This document shows, one piece after another, positions 22,102 through 31,640 of a stretch of 38,184 nucleotides of DNA. Within the stretch, counting starts at the first letter, position 1, and each line of letters begins with the position of its first letter. Under the pieces are notes generated by a model. The model did not search any database. It had not been told where the DNA came from and worked only from the letters and a program-made list of their open reading frames with translations. Location: IMG/VR virus record IMGVR_UViG_3300045988_128817. One strand, 5' to 3'. The position numbers and the translations under genes were made by a program. This stretch comes from a virus.

Positions 22102-22666
22102 AGAACGGAGGCAGATGCGGTCGGTATCATCGGAATTTCAGACCAGAGAAGAAGACGGAGCTCTTTACATCGAAGGGTATTTTTCCGTGTTTAATACGAA
22201 TTATGAGTTGTGGCCAGGAGCAACTGAAAGCGTGGCGCCGGGAGCGTTTTCGGATACGCTGGGAAGCGATGTTCGCGCATTAATTGATCACGAAAGCCGT
22301 TTGGTGTTGGGGAGAAATAAAGCGGGAACATTGGAACTGAAAGAAGATTCCCATGGTCTTTGGGGACGCGTGGAGATTAATCAGTCAGATAGAGATGCGA
22401 TGAATCTGTACGAGAGGGTAAAACGCCGTGACGTAGATCAATGCAGCTTCGGATTCGATATCTTATCGGAGGATACAGATTATCGAGAAGATGGATCGGT
22501 CCATTGGACGATCCGGAAAGTAAAGCTGTATGAGGTCAGCGTGGTCACTTTTCCGGCATATGAGGAAACTTCGGTATCCGCTCGAAAACGGGATTTAGAG
22601 GCAATAGAGAAGCGAAAGGCAGAGGCATGGCGTGAATCCATGCGAAAGAAAGTGAGAGGTGAATAA
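22091..22666 (+). CDS. Prohead maturation protease, HK97 family
   Basis: [12 protein letters not shown]...APGAFSDTL...[24 protein letters not shown] precedes ATG 22091. Confidence 0.85.
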   Translation: MENRERRQMRSVSSEFQTREEDGALYIEGYFSVFNTNYELWPGATESVAPGAFSDTLGSDVRALIDHESRLVLGRNKAGTLELKEDSHGLWGRVEINQSDRDAMNLYERVKRRDVDQCSFGFDILSEDTDYREDGSVHWTIRKVKLYEVSVVTFPAYEETSVSARKRDLEAIEKRKAEAWRESMRKKVRGE

Positions 22667-24319
22667 ATGGCATTAAGAGCTTTAATCATCGGAAAGAAGC
22701 TTATGGAAGCAAGAGGGCGTTTGGAAAAACTGAGAGAAAAGGATGAAGAGTTCCAGACGAGAGAAGCAGAATTAGAAGAAGCAATTAGTGAGGCGGAAAG
22801 CGAAGAAGATCAGGAAGCTGTGGAAAAACTTGTGGAAGAGTTTGAAACAGAAAAGGAAGCTCACGAGGAAGAAAAGAAAAAACTGGAAGAGGAAATCTCC
22901 GACATGGAGAGTGAGTTGGAAGAGATTGCAAAAGAGCCGGCTGCAAGGATGAAAAAACAGGTGAAGGAAAAGAGAGGTGAGAGCAGAACAATGGAAACGA
23001 GAAAGAAATTTTTCGGAATGGACGCACAGGAGAGAGACGCATTTTTCGCAAATGAAGAGGTAAAAGAGTTCCTTCAGCGTGCGCGGGATCTGGCGATTCA
23101 GAAGCGCACGATTACCGGCGCGGAACTGACGATTCCGACGCAGGTACTTGAACTGATTCGTGAGAATGTGGAAAATTACTCGAAGCTGGTGAATCGTGTA
23201 CGTGTACGCTACGTGTCCGGTAAGGCTCGTCAGAACGTTATGGGTGCATTCCCGGAAGCAGTATGGACGGAAGCCTGTGCTTCTTTGAACGAGCTGAGTT
23301 TCGGATTTACGCAGACAGAACTGGATGGATATAAGGTCGGTGGTATCATCTATATCTGCATCGCGACATTGGAAGATAGCGACTATGATCTTGCCAGTGA
23401 AATTATTACGGCGCTTGGCGCTGCGATCGGTATCGCACTCGACAAAGCGATTCTGTACGGAACCGGGGTAAAAATGCCTCTGGGCATTGTTTCAAGACTG
23501 GCACAGGATTCACAGCCTTCAGATTATCCGACAGTATCCCGTCCGTGGGAAGACTTAAGCGGAACCAATCTGATTACAATCAGCGGGAAAACCGGTCTCG
23601 CTTTATTCCAGGAACTGGCGAAATCCACGAAGGTTATCAAGGGAAAGTACTCCCGCGGCGTAAAATTCTGGGCGATGAACGAATCAACCTATACCGATCT
23701 CATGGTCGAAGCGATGAGTATTAATGCGGCCGGCGCTATTGTCTCCGCTCAGGGGGCGACGATGCCGGTAGTTGGAGGAGATATTGTTGTCCTGTCAGAT
23801 GATATCATTACAGACGGCAATATTATCGTAGGATATGGCGATCTCTACTTACTTGCAGAGCGCGCAGGATCTTCCTTTGCACGTTCTGACGAATACCGTT
23901 TTGCAGATGATCAGGTAGCATTTAAAGGGACGGCGAGATATGACGGCGCTCCGATTATCGCAGAAGGCTTCGCGGCGATTGGTATCGGATCAGCGCCGGC
24001 GACCGATGCAACGTTCCCGGGCGATACAGCAAATGATACGACCTTGACCGATCTGTCGATCGGATCTCTGAGCTTATCTCCGACTTTTAATCCGGAGACG
24101 CTTTCCTATACGGCGACGGCAACTGCCGCATCTGATGCAGTGACAGCGAATCCAACACAAGCGAGAGCAAAGGTTACATTAACTTACAACGGAAAGAATT
24201 ACCCGAATGGCGGAAGTGTAAAATGGCTGGCAGACAGCACCGCTCATCCACTTGAAATTGAAGTAGAAAATGGTGTCAGCGTTCGGACTTACACTGTACA
24301 GGTCACAAAGGGGGAATAA
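22667..24319 (+). CDS. Major capsid protein, HK97 fold, with an N-terminal coiled-coil delta domain and a C-terminal cadherin-like beta-sandwich domain
   Basis: A Glu/Lys-rich N-terminus of about 110 aa, an HK97-type core, and a last ~94 aa matching the Cadherin-like (PF12733) pattern. Confidence 0.85.
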   Translation: MALRALIIGKKLMEARGRLEKLREKDEEFQTREAELEEAISEAESEEDQEAVEKLVEEFETEKEAHEEEKKKLEEEISDMESELEEIAKEPAARMKKQVKEKRGESRTMETRKKFFGMDAQERDAFFANEEVKEFLQRARDLAIQKRTITGAELTIPTQVLELIRENVENYSKLVNRVRVRYVSGKARQNVMGAFPEAVWTEACASLNELSFGFTQTELDGYKVGGIIYICIATLEDSDYDLASEIITALGAAIGIALDKAILYGTGVKMPLGIVSRLAQDSQPSDYPTVSRPWEDLSGTNLITISGKTGLALFQELAKSTKVIKGKYSRGVKFWAMNESTYTDLMVEAMSINAAGAIVSAQGATMPVVGGDIVVLSDDIITDGNIIVGYGDLYLLAERAGSSFARSDEYRFADDQVAFKGTARYDGAPIIAEGFAAIGIGSAPATDATFPGDTANDTTLTDLSIGSLSLSPTFNPETLSYTATATAASDAVTANPTQARAKVTLTYNGKNYPNGGSVKWLADSTAHPLEIEVENGVSVRTYTVQVTKGE

Positions 24320-24321
24320 TT

Positions 24322-24355
24322 CCCCCGACTGAGACCGGCCTGATCGGCTCGGGGG
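24322..24355 (+). terminator. GC-rich stem-loop after the capsid gene (possible attenuator, no U-tract)
   Basis: cccccga(24322-24328)/tcggggg(24349-24355) with inner gcc/ggc pairing. Confidence 0.35.
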
Positions 24356-24399
24356 TCATCGGACAGGCTAAAATAGGAATGAAATAAGGAGGAAAGGAC

Positions 24400-24660
24400 A
24401 TGGCATATACTCCAACAACATGGAAAACGGGCGATTTGATCACTGCTGAAAAAATGAACAAACTGGAACAGGGGGTTCAAAATGAACAGGCGGGACCTGC
24501 AGGACCGTCTTATACACTTCCTGCTGCAAATCCTACCACTCTGGGAGGAGTAAAACAGGCTGCTGCGGTAGCGGATGCAGCAGCAGCGCCGACAAAAGAG
24601 GAATTTAATGCACTTCTTACTTCTTTGCGGAATGCAGGGATCTTGGCAACTGGTGAGTAG
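24400..24660 (+). CDS. Head fibre / decoration-like protein
   Basis: MAYTPTTWKTGDLITAEKMNKLEQGV plus TLGGVKQAAAVADAAAAPTKEEFNALLTSLRNAGIL, motifs seen in Firmicutes-phage head fibre proteins. Confidence 0.45.
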   Translation: MAYTPTTWKTGDLITAEKMNKLEQGVQNEQAGPAGPSYTLPAANPTTLGGVKQAAAVADAAAAPTKEEFNALLTSLRNAGILATGE

Positions 24661-24661
24661 T

Positions 24662-24934
24662 ATGACACAAGAGGAGATTTTGGAAATCTTAAAAATAGAC
24701 CTGGGGATTATCGGAGCGGCTTATGATACCATGCTGACGCAGTTGATCTCTTCGTCGAAATCTTTCATAGAACGCGAAGGAATACAGCTAACTGATAGCG
24801 TAGAAGATGGTCAGTTGATTATTATGTATGCGGCTTATCTTTTTCGTAAGCGAGCAACGGATGAGGGAATGCCACGTATGCTGCGCTGGGCTCTGAATAA
24901 CAGACTGTTTGGAGGTGGCGCGAATGCTACTTGA
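24662..24934 (+). CDS. Head-tail connector (gp6-like)
   Basis: Its position and the pattern LKIDLGI...DTMLTQLISSSKSFIE. Confidence 0.55.
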   Translation: MTQEEILEILKIDLGIIGAAYDTMLTQLISSSKSFIEREGIQLTDSVEDGQLIIMYAAYLFRKRATDEGMPRMLRWALNNRLFGGGANAT

Positions 24935-25253
24935 TGCGGGCATCGCGACTGTCTACCGGCAGACTCTGATTTCTGATCCGGGAGATATGCCAAGATATCA
25001 GTGGATGGAAATTTGGAAATCGTTTTATGGTGAAAAGACAGTAGGTCTTACGAGGTACTACGCCGGCATGGACCATAACGACCAAATAGATCTTCTGATT
25101 CAAGTGCAGCGAAACCGGGGTCTGTCTCCGGCGACAGACCGCGTGGAAATCAACGGGGAATATTATCGGATCACGCAGGCGCAGCATGTCATTGATGAAG
25201 AGGGATTACCGATGACAGACTTATCGCTGGAAAGGGTGGAGTCGTTTGAATGA
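24924..25253 (+). CDS. Head closure / head-tail adaptor protein
   Basis: Position in the module. GGAGGTG precedes ATG 24924. Confidence 0.5.
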   Translation: MLLDAGIATVYRQTLISDPGDMPRYQWMEIWKSFYGEKTVGLTRYYAGMDHNDQIDLLIQVQRNRGLSPATDRVEINGEYYRITQAQHVIDEEGLPMTDLSLERVESFE

Positions 25254-25560
25254 AAGAGTAAAAGAAGCGCTTTTGAGTGTATCAGAAAATGTGTTTTTGT
25301 TTACCGCAAAAGGAAATCAGAATCTCCCATATATCGTGTATGGCGTAGATGGAGAGAATCATCTATTTGCATCCAATCGACGTGCGGAATTATGTGATGC
25401 AGGATATATCGATTTGTTTACGAAGAACGGAAGCGATCCATTGATAAAAAGCGTCCCGGAGGCTTTAGAGCTTGCCGGGATCGCTTTTTATTTAAATTCA
25501 GTTCAGTTTGAAGAACAAACAGATTTGCTGCATTATGAATGGCGTTGGGAGTCGGTCTAA
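25246..25560 (+). CDS. Neck / tail-completion protein
   Basis: Position in the module; the LPYIVYGV...IDLFTKN pattern. Confidence 0.4.
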   Translation: MNERVKEALLSVSENVFLFTAKGNQNLPYIVYGVDGENHLFASNRRAELCDAGYIDLFTKNGSDPLIKSVPEALELAGIAFYLNSVQFEEQTDLLHYEWRWESV

Positions 25561-26039
25561 TGGCAAGAATCAAAACCACGTTTTCGGACGGAATTAATGA
25601 ATACCTTCAAACATTGAACCGGCTTGGCAAGGAAATTGAGGGAATATCCAAACAAGCGGTATATGAAGGAGCTAAGATCATTGCGGATGAAATCAAAAAC
25701 AACATAGAAGCTTTGTCGACAGATGAAGAGTGGGGAACTCCGAAGAAAATGAAAGCGGGACCGACGAAGGCAGAGAAGGAAAACATTGCTCGGGGACTTG
25801 GTATTGCTCACATGCAAGATAACAAAGGAACAATCAATACCAAAATTGGTTATGATGATGCCGGATATGATGAAAACAACAAACCGATCCAGATGATTGC
25901 CAGATCTGTCAATAGCGGCACATCCTTCATGAAAAAAAATCCGTTTTTTGAAAAAGGTGTTCGAAACTCACGGAATAAAGCAAAGCAAAAAATGATTGAA
26001 GTCGCAGAAAAAGAATTGGGAAAAATCGTAAAGGAATAG
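25560..26039 (+). CDS. HK97 gp10-like neck protein
   Basis: Position in the module; its ATG overlaps the upstream TAA. Confidence 0.45.
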   Translation: MARIKTTFSDGINEYLQTLNRLGKEIEGISKQAVYEGAKIIADEIKNNIEALSTDEEWGTPKKMKAGPTKAEKENIARGLGIAHMQDNKGTINTKIGYDDAGYDENNKPIQMIARSVNSGTSFMKKNPFFEKGVRNSRNKAKQKMIEVAEKELGKIVKE

Positions 26040-26052
26040 GAGGGAAAAGACT

Positions 26053-26700
26053 ATGGCAGTAATTGGTTTATCAAAGCCACATTATGCAGTTTACACAAAC
26101 ACAAGCGGGACGGTATCTTATGCAAACGGAGGGGTACTCGGAAAGGCTGTTGAGGTCAACCTGGAAATCGAGACCAGCGAGGATAACAATCTCTACGCAG
26201 ATGACGGAATCGCAGAAACGGACAGAACATTTTCAAACGGCACACTGACACTATCAACGGATGATTTGTCTCAGGAGGTATCCAAGGCGATCCTCGGGCT
26301 GAAAGAGGTTGCGCTTAGCGAGATCGAGGGCGTGACAGATGAGGACGCAAAAGAACTCATTTACGACAACGAACAGGAAACGCCGTATCTCGGCATTGGT
26401 TTTATCATCAAAAAGAGAGTGGGCGGAAAAGATATGTGGCGAGGTGTCGTGCTGCGCAAGACGATGTTTTCGGTACCTCCTGACGCAGCAACAACACAGG
26501 GCGAAACCATCGAATGGCAGGTTCCGGAGCTAACTGCTACGGTGATGAGAGATGACAGTGCAACACAGCAGTGGAAGAGCGAGGCCACGTTTACTACTCT
26601 TTCGCAGGCGGAGGCATATATCAAAAATCGGCTGAATATTACAGCGTCACCTGCCAAAATCAACGAGGCGAAAGTCAACGAGAGTGTAATTTCTCAGTAA
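26053..26700 (+). CDS. Major tail protein (phi13/TP901-like)
   Basis: MAVIGLSKPHYAVYT...YANGGVLGKAVEVNLE...NNLYADDGIAE, positioned before the G/GT chaperone and tape measure. Confidence 0.8.
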   Translation: MAVIGLSKPHYAVYTNTSGTVSYANGGVLGKAVEVNLEIETSEDNNLYADDGIAETDRTFSNGTLTLSTDDLSQEVSKAILGLKEVALSEIEGVTDEDAKELIYDNEQETPYLGIGFIIKKRVGGKDMWRGVVLRKTMFSVPPDAATTQGETIEWQVPELTATVMRDDSATQQWKSEATFTTLSQAEAYIKNRLNITASPAKINEAKVNESVISQ

Positions 26701-26710
26701 GGAGGAAAGA

Positions 26711-27091
26711 ATGGCAGAATTTGAAGTACTCGGGACACGTTATCCGCTCGCTTTTACGATTCGCGTCGTGGAAAAAGTGTGCGAACGTTATGGGTCGCTG
26801 AAAGATTTTGATAACCTCGCGACAGATCGCACGGACATAGAGCTCTTAAAAGAATACATCTGGGTGCTGAGAGAAATGATGCTTGGGGCCGCAGCTAAAA
26901 TCAGTATGGAAAAAGGCAGCGGTATCGCAGACATTCCGGATTTGGAGCGTCTTTACGATGTTTTAGAATGGGGAAGTTATCCACGCATCTTAAAAGCGGT
27001 TAACTCCTGCCTGGTCAGTGATTCGGATCGAACGGTAGAGGCGGAAGAAGACCCGAAAGCAGCAAAAAACGCAAAAGCCGCGCAGATATAG
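26711..27091 (+). CDS. Tail assembly chaperone (gpG analogue)
   Basis: Located between the major tail protein and the tape measure, and it contains the slippery site near its 3' end. Confidence 0.8.
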   Translation: MAEFEVLGTRYPLAFTIRVVEKVCERYGSLKDFDNLATDRTDIELLKEYIWVLREMMLGAAAKISMEKGSGIADIPDLERLYDVLEWGSYPRILKAVNSCLVSDSDRTVEAEEDPKAAKNAKAAQI

Positions 27092-27273
27092 AATTAAATT
27101 CTGCGTGGCTTCTTTATTATTTGGTAAATATCGGATTTTCGAAAGCAGAGGCTCTGAATCTCCGTATGGGGGAAGCTTTTGATTATATCGCCTGTCATCA
27201 GATCAGTAACATTGAGGGAATCCGGCAGAAACGCAGATTGACAGCGGACGATATTCTGCCGGATATTCCATAA
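26711..27273 (+). CDS. Tail assembly chaperone -1 frameshift product (gpGT analogue)
   Basis: The -1 frame is open from 27022 to TAA 27271-27273 with no start codon. After slippage at 27064-27070 the reading continues RKSRADIELNSAWLLYYLVNIGFSKAEALNL... Confidence 0.75.
27064..27070 (+). promoter_or_regulatory. -1 programmed ribosomal frameshift heptamer A_AAA_AAC
   Basis: gcA AAA AAC in the gpG zero frame, 19 nt before its stop. Confidence 0.75.
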
Positions 27274-27296
27274 ATAAGTAAAAGCGAGGTGAGAAA

Positions 27297-30200
27297 GTGG
27301 CTACAGACGTAGGGATCCGAGTCGGCGTTGACGGTGCAGCGGAATTTAAAAATGCACTAAAAGGGATTGACGCGCAGCTGAAAAATTTAGATTCGGAGAT
27401 GAAAAGCACGGTATCCGGTCTCGATTCCCTCGAAGATGCTCAGGCCGCCGTCGGAAAACGAACGGAAATCCTCGGAAAACAGATTTCTGTCACGGAGCAG
27501 AAAATATCTACCATATCCGCGGAGTATGATCGATCTGCGAAAAAACTGGACGAACTGGGCAAAGCCCTTGACGATGTAAAAAACGCTGAAAACAGCACGG
27601 AAAAAGAGATCACCGCGGCAGCAAATGCGTACAATCGTCAGCAGCAGGAGGTAAACCGGCTCGGAACGCAGCTGAACAATGCGACCTCGAGCTTGAACAA
27701 GCTGCAGCGTGAGATGCGCGATGTCGAAAACGGCACGGATAAGGTCACACGATCCTTTCAAAAAGTGGAAAACGAAGCAGAGGATATGGGCGGAAGCCTG
27801 CGCGATGCCTTTGTGGGCGGAGCTGTAGCCGGAGGGATCCAGTCTCTGGCATCCAGTCTGTCCGGACTAATTGACGAGACGATGGAATACCGGAAAATCA
27901 TGGCGTCGCTCAATACGTCGAGTGCGAAAGCGGGATATACTGCGGAGCAGACAGCAGCATCGTATCAGCAGCTGTTTGGAGTCCTTGGAGATGAGCAGAC
28001 GGCAGCGACCGCACTGGCGAATCTGCAGGCGTTGGGGTTATCTCAGGCGGATTTAACACAGCTGACGGATGCGGCGATCGGAGCATGGGCGACATACGGG
28101 GATTCTATTCCCATTGACGGGCTTGCGGAATCAATTAACGAAACCATCCGCGCCGGCGCTGTCACCGGTACCTTCGCTGACGTGCTCAATTGGGCGGGAA
28201 CGAGCGAAGATAAGTTTAACGAGAAACTCGCAAAATGTAAGACGGAAAGCGAACGCGTCAATCTTGTTATGCAGGAGCTTGCCAAACAAGGGCTTGCAGA
28301 TACCGCGCAGGCTTGGCGGGAAAACAATCAGGATATCGTGAAGACGAACCAGGCGTCTGCAAAAATGACAGAGACCTGGGCGCAGCTCGCGAAGAAAGCA
28401 AGCCCTGTTTTTGCTGAAATCAAAACGTCGATTGCGGATGCAGCACTCGGTGTTATGGAATTCGCGGAGCAAAACAAGGGACTCGTAGCGACTGCCGGAG
28501 CGGTAGTCGGAGCTGCTGCCGGTTTTTCTGCGGTTACCGCTGCGGTGAAAAAGACGACCGAAACACTTGAGGTATTCGGGTTTAAACTGTCCGCCAGCCC
28601 GATCTTTTTACTGGCAGGAGTTATAACCGGCGCCGCGGTAGCTATTGGAGTGCTGGACAAAGCTGCGGAAAATGCGGATCCGGAAATGGCTGCGCTGAGA
28701 GATCGGACAGAAGAGCTGACCTCATCCGCCGATGCTTTGACGAGCTCGTGGCAGACGATGACGGATGCGTCAAAACAGCAGGCGGAAAACCGCATTGCTG
28801 AAATCGATCAAGCACAACAGCTTGCGAACGAATTGAAGGGACTCGTCGATGCAAACGGCAAGGTTGCCGCATCCGATCAGGAACGCGCCGCAGGGATTTA
28901 CGAGATTGTAAATGACCTGATGCCCGGGCTGGTCAAAAAGACCGGGGAAGGGAAAAAGGCCAATTATGAATTCGCAAAAAGCATCGACGCTGTTATTGAA
29001 AAGGAAAAAGCTCTCGCCTTAGTCGAAGCATATAAAGACGATTATGCCGAAGCCGTAAAAACGAAAGCAGAAGCGCAGAAAAATCTATCGGATGCACTTG
29101 CTCATCAGTATGATCTTGAGTTGGAAATGGCGCAACTGGAAGCTGCGGAAGATTATGGAAGAAAATATGAGGATCTGCAAAAAGAATGGGCCGCTACTAA
29201 AGAAACAATTAAAAATCAAAGTGATTTGATCACATCGACAGAGAATGTGACGAAAAGTTATGAAGCGATGACCTCAGCGATTGCTTCCGGAGATTACGAC
29301 AAGGCTCTGACTGCTGCGCAGTCCTTTGGTGTGGATCTGGCCGATATCTCCCAAATGTCCGCCCAGCAGATTCAGGCGGCGTATGGAGATATCAACAATG
29401 CGATTAAGACGGTCGAGGATTATCTCAATTCCGGAAGCTTGACAGAAGCACAGCGCACACAATTTACAAATGTTCTAAATGAATTAACGGTCCAAAAAGC
29501 GCAATATGAGGATCAGATGGCGCAGACAGCTGTCGGGGGCGCAAAGAGTTTTGCGGATAGCTTATCATATGAGAAATCTGCTATAGAAGGCGCAACGAAA
29601 TTAGTGGCAGATGCCTCTGTTGCGGCAATGGATATTGCGCAGGCGGCGCTGGAAAAAGGACGAGATGGAGGAGAAAGCTATGCTGCGGGTGTAGCGAGTG
29701 CGAATGGAAAGAGCGAAACATCCGGGAAAAATCTTGCGCAAGCGGCGATTGACGCGGCTGCAATAAAGAAAATCGGATTTAAAACAACAGGAAAAGACTT
29801 GGCTTCTGGGCTTGCTCAAGGTCTCTTAGATGCCATAAATATGGTTACTGATGCTGCCGGTCAGGTAGCACAGGCGGCGATGAATAAAATGCGCGCGGCG
29901 GAAAACTTTGACGAAAACTCCCCGTCAAAATGGGCGGAGGAGACCGGAGAATTCGTTGATAAAGGTCTTGCGATTGGTTTCGTAAAAAACAAAGGGATTG
30001 TTTTGTCTGCTGTAAGCGATCTTTCCGAATCCGCAAAAGCTGAGATGGAAGGCAATTTTAAGACCATTAAATTTGTTGCTATTGACGCAGCCGAAAAAAT
30101 GAATGATGCTCTGCTAAAGAAAGAGGCTGAATTAAATGATGCAATCGCAAAAATGGAAGCAGATGCGGCCAAAAAGCAGTCGGAAAAAGAACTCTCGGAG

Positions 30201-31256
30201 TACAAGAAAAACCTAAAAGAAAAATATGCTGAGCTGGGAAAGGCAGAAAAGAAAGAGAAGAAAAAAATCCAGGAAGAGATCAGCAAACTGGAAAATGATT
30301 GGAATGAAAAACAGCGAAAGGCTCAGGAAGATGCTCAGAAGGAGCAGTTAAAGGCCCAGCTGAGTACGCTGCAGCAATATAAAAAAGAATATGAATCAGC
30401 ACTGAAAGAGATTGAATCTTCGCAGGAATCCATGTCGAAAAAACTGAAAGATTATACAGAGCTGATTACGAAAACAAAAGACGGGACGGAAAAGCTGGCC
30501 ACTTCAGCCGATCTGCAAAAAGATATCGATATGATCGAGCGTTACGGGGAAGCTTTGGAAAATTTGAAAAACAGAGGGACTCCGGATGATCTGTTATCGG
30601 AATTTGTAAACATGGACGTCGAAGATGCGATTAAATTCGCCAATCAGTTAGGCGAAATGACAGATGATAAATATGAAGAATATATCGCACTTTGGAAGCA
30701 AAAGCAGGAGGCTGCGAATGAAGTGGCTCGAAAGTTCTATCAGGATGAAATGGATGCTTTAACTGAAGAATTTGTTGATAAAATTCCTGAAGAATTGAGC
30801 GACGTCAAAGATGAAATGCGTACGATCGGGGTTCAGGGCGTGCAGGGTATGATCGACGGACTGTATTCCCAGACGGGAGCCCTGGCCGCTGCAGCGCGGG
30901 AGGTGGTAAGTCAAGCAATCGCAGCTATGCAGATGGAGGCGGATATACATAGTCCGTCGAAAAAAACAAAGAATCTCGTCGGTATCCCTATGGGCGAAGG
31001 CGTTGTAGTCGGTTTTGATACCGTCATGAAAACGGCATCGAAAGATGTAGCGGCAGCGATCAGTTATCCGTTTGATCGCGTGACGAAAAATGATTTATAC
31101 AATGCGGCTGCATCCACTGTTAACGGCATGGCCGCAGCGGGATCCGCGGCGCCTGCAATGCAGACGATTGTAATTCCGGTAAATCTCAACGGCAAACAGG
31201 TTGCTGAGGTCATATATGACCCATTAAAACAGGTAGGAAAACAGAGGGGGTATTAG
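27297..31256 (+). CDS. Tail tape measure protein (1319 aa)
   Basis: Its length and position, extensive coiled coil and hydrophobic central segments. GTG start follows GAGGTGAG. Confidence 0.9.
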   Translation: MATDVGIRVGVDGAAEFKNALKGIDAQLKNLDSEMKSTVSGLDSLEDAQAAVGKRTEILGKQISVTEQKISTISAEYDRSAKKLDELGKALDDVKNAENSTEKEITAAANAYNRQQQEVNRLGTQLNNATSSLNKLQREMRDVENGTDKVTRSFQKVENEAEDMGGSLRDAFVGGAVAGGIQSLASSLSGLIDETMEYRKIMASLNTSSAKAGYTAEQTAASYQQLFGVLGDEQTAATALANLQALGLSQADLTQLTDAAIGAWATYGDSIPIDGLAESINETIRAGAVTGTFADVLNWAGTSEDKFNEKLAKCKTESERVNLVMQELAKQGLADTAQAWRENNQDIVKTNQASAKMTETWAQLAKKASPVFAEIKTSIADAALGVMEFAEQNKGLVATAGAVVGAAAGFSAVTAAVKKTTETLEVFGFKLSASPIFLLAGVITGAAVAIGVLDKAAENADPEMAALRDRTEELTSSADALTSSWQTMTDASKQQAENRIAEIDQAQQLANELKGLVDANGKVAASDQERAAGIYEIVNDLMPGLVKKTGEGKKANYEFAKSIDAVIEKEKALALVEAYKDDYAEAVKTKAEAQKNLSDALAHQYDLELEMAQLEAAEDYGRKYEDLQKEWAATKETIKNQSDLITSTENVTKSYEAMTSAIASGDYDKALTAAQSFGVDLADISQMSAQQIQAAYGDINNAIKTVEDYLNSGSLTEAQRTQFTNVLNELTVQKAQYEDQMAQTAVGGAKSFADSLSYEKSAIEGATKLVADASVAAMDIAQAALEKGRDGGESYAAGVASANGKSETSGKNLAQAAIDAAAIKKIGFKTTGKDLASGLAQGLLDAINMVTDAAGQVAQAAMNKMRAAENFDENSPSKWAEETGEFVDKGLAIGFVKNKGIVLSAVSDLSESAKAEMEGNFKTIKFVAIDAAEKMNDALLKKEAELNDAIAKMEADAAKKQSEKELSEYKKNLKEKYAELGKAEKKEKKKIQEEISKLENDWNEKQRKAQEDAQKEQLKAQLSTLQQYKKEYESALKEIESSQESMSKKLKDYTELITKTKDGTEKLATSADLQKDIDMIERYGEALENLKNRGTPDDLLSEFVNMDVEDAIKFANQLGEMTDDKYEEYIALWKQKQEAANEVARKFYQDEMDALTEEFVDKIPEELSDVKDEMRTIGVQGVQGMIDGLYSQTGALAAAAREVVSQAIAAMQMEADIHSPSKKTKNLVGIPMGEGVVVGFDTVMKTASKDVAAAISYPFDRVTKNDLYNAAASTVNGMAAAGSAAPAMQTIVIPVNLNGKQVAEVIYDPLKQVGKQRGY

Positions 31257-31259
31257 TCG

Positions 31260-31640
31260 GTGGAAAAAATCATCATTGCAGGAATCGAAATGCCCCGGAC
31301 CCGATCCCTTGAAGTGGGAGGAAGCTATGAAGCAAAGGAAACAACCATGGCCAGCGGCAGGATCGTACGAGACATTATAGGATGGCGTACCGAACTGACG
31401 GCAGAATGGGAGTGGGTACCGGCGGGTCTTTTAACTCAGCTGGTACCGATTGCTCGCAGCGGAAAATTTGTTGAAATACAATATCCCGATAGTGTTGGAG
31501 AAGACACGTCAGGCATGTTTACGATCGAAATCGGCAGTCAGAAGATCTTTAAATTCCGCGGCGGTGAACCGTATTGGTACAATGTTGAGCTGTCCGCGAC
31601 CGCGCAGGAGGTGACAGACTATGATCCCGATGCCGGGTAG
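31260..31640 (+). CDS. Small tail tip component
   Basis: Positioned immediately after the tape measure. GTG start follows GAGGGGG. Confidence 0.5.
   Translation: MEKIIIAGIEMPRTRSLEVGGSYEAKETTMASGRIVRDIIGWRTELTAEWEWVPAGLLTQLVPIARSGKFVEIQYPDSVGEDTSGMFTIEIGSQKIFKFRGGEPYWYNVELSATAQEVTDYDPDAG

Noticed and set aside
27387-30286. Numerous minus-strand and alternate-frame ORFs inside the tape measure gene
   Set aside because: These are shadows of a long, compositionally biased coding region. The 1319-aa plus-strand frame explains the whole interval.
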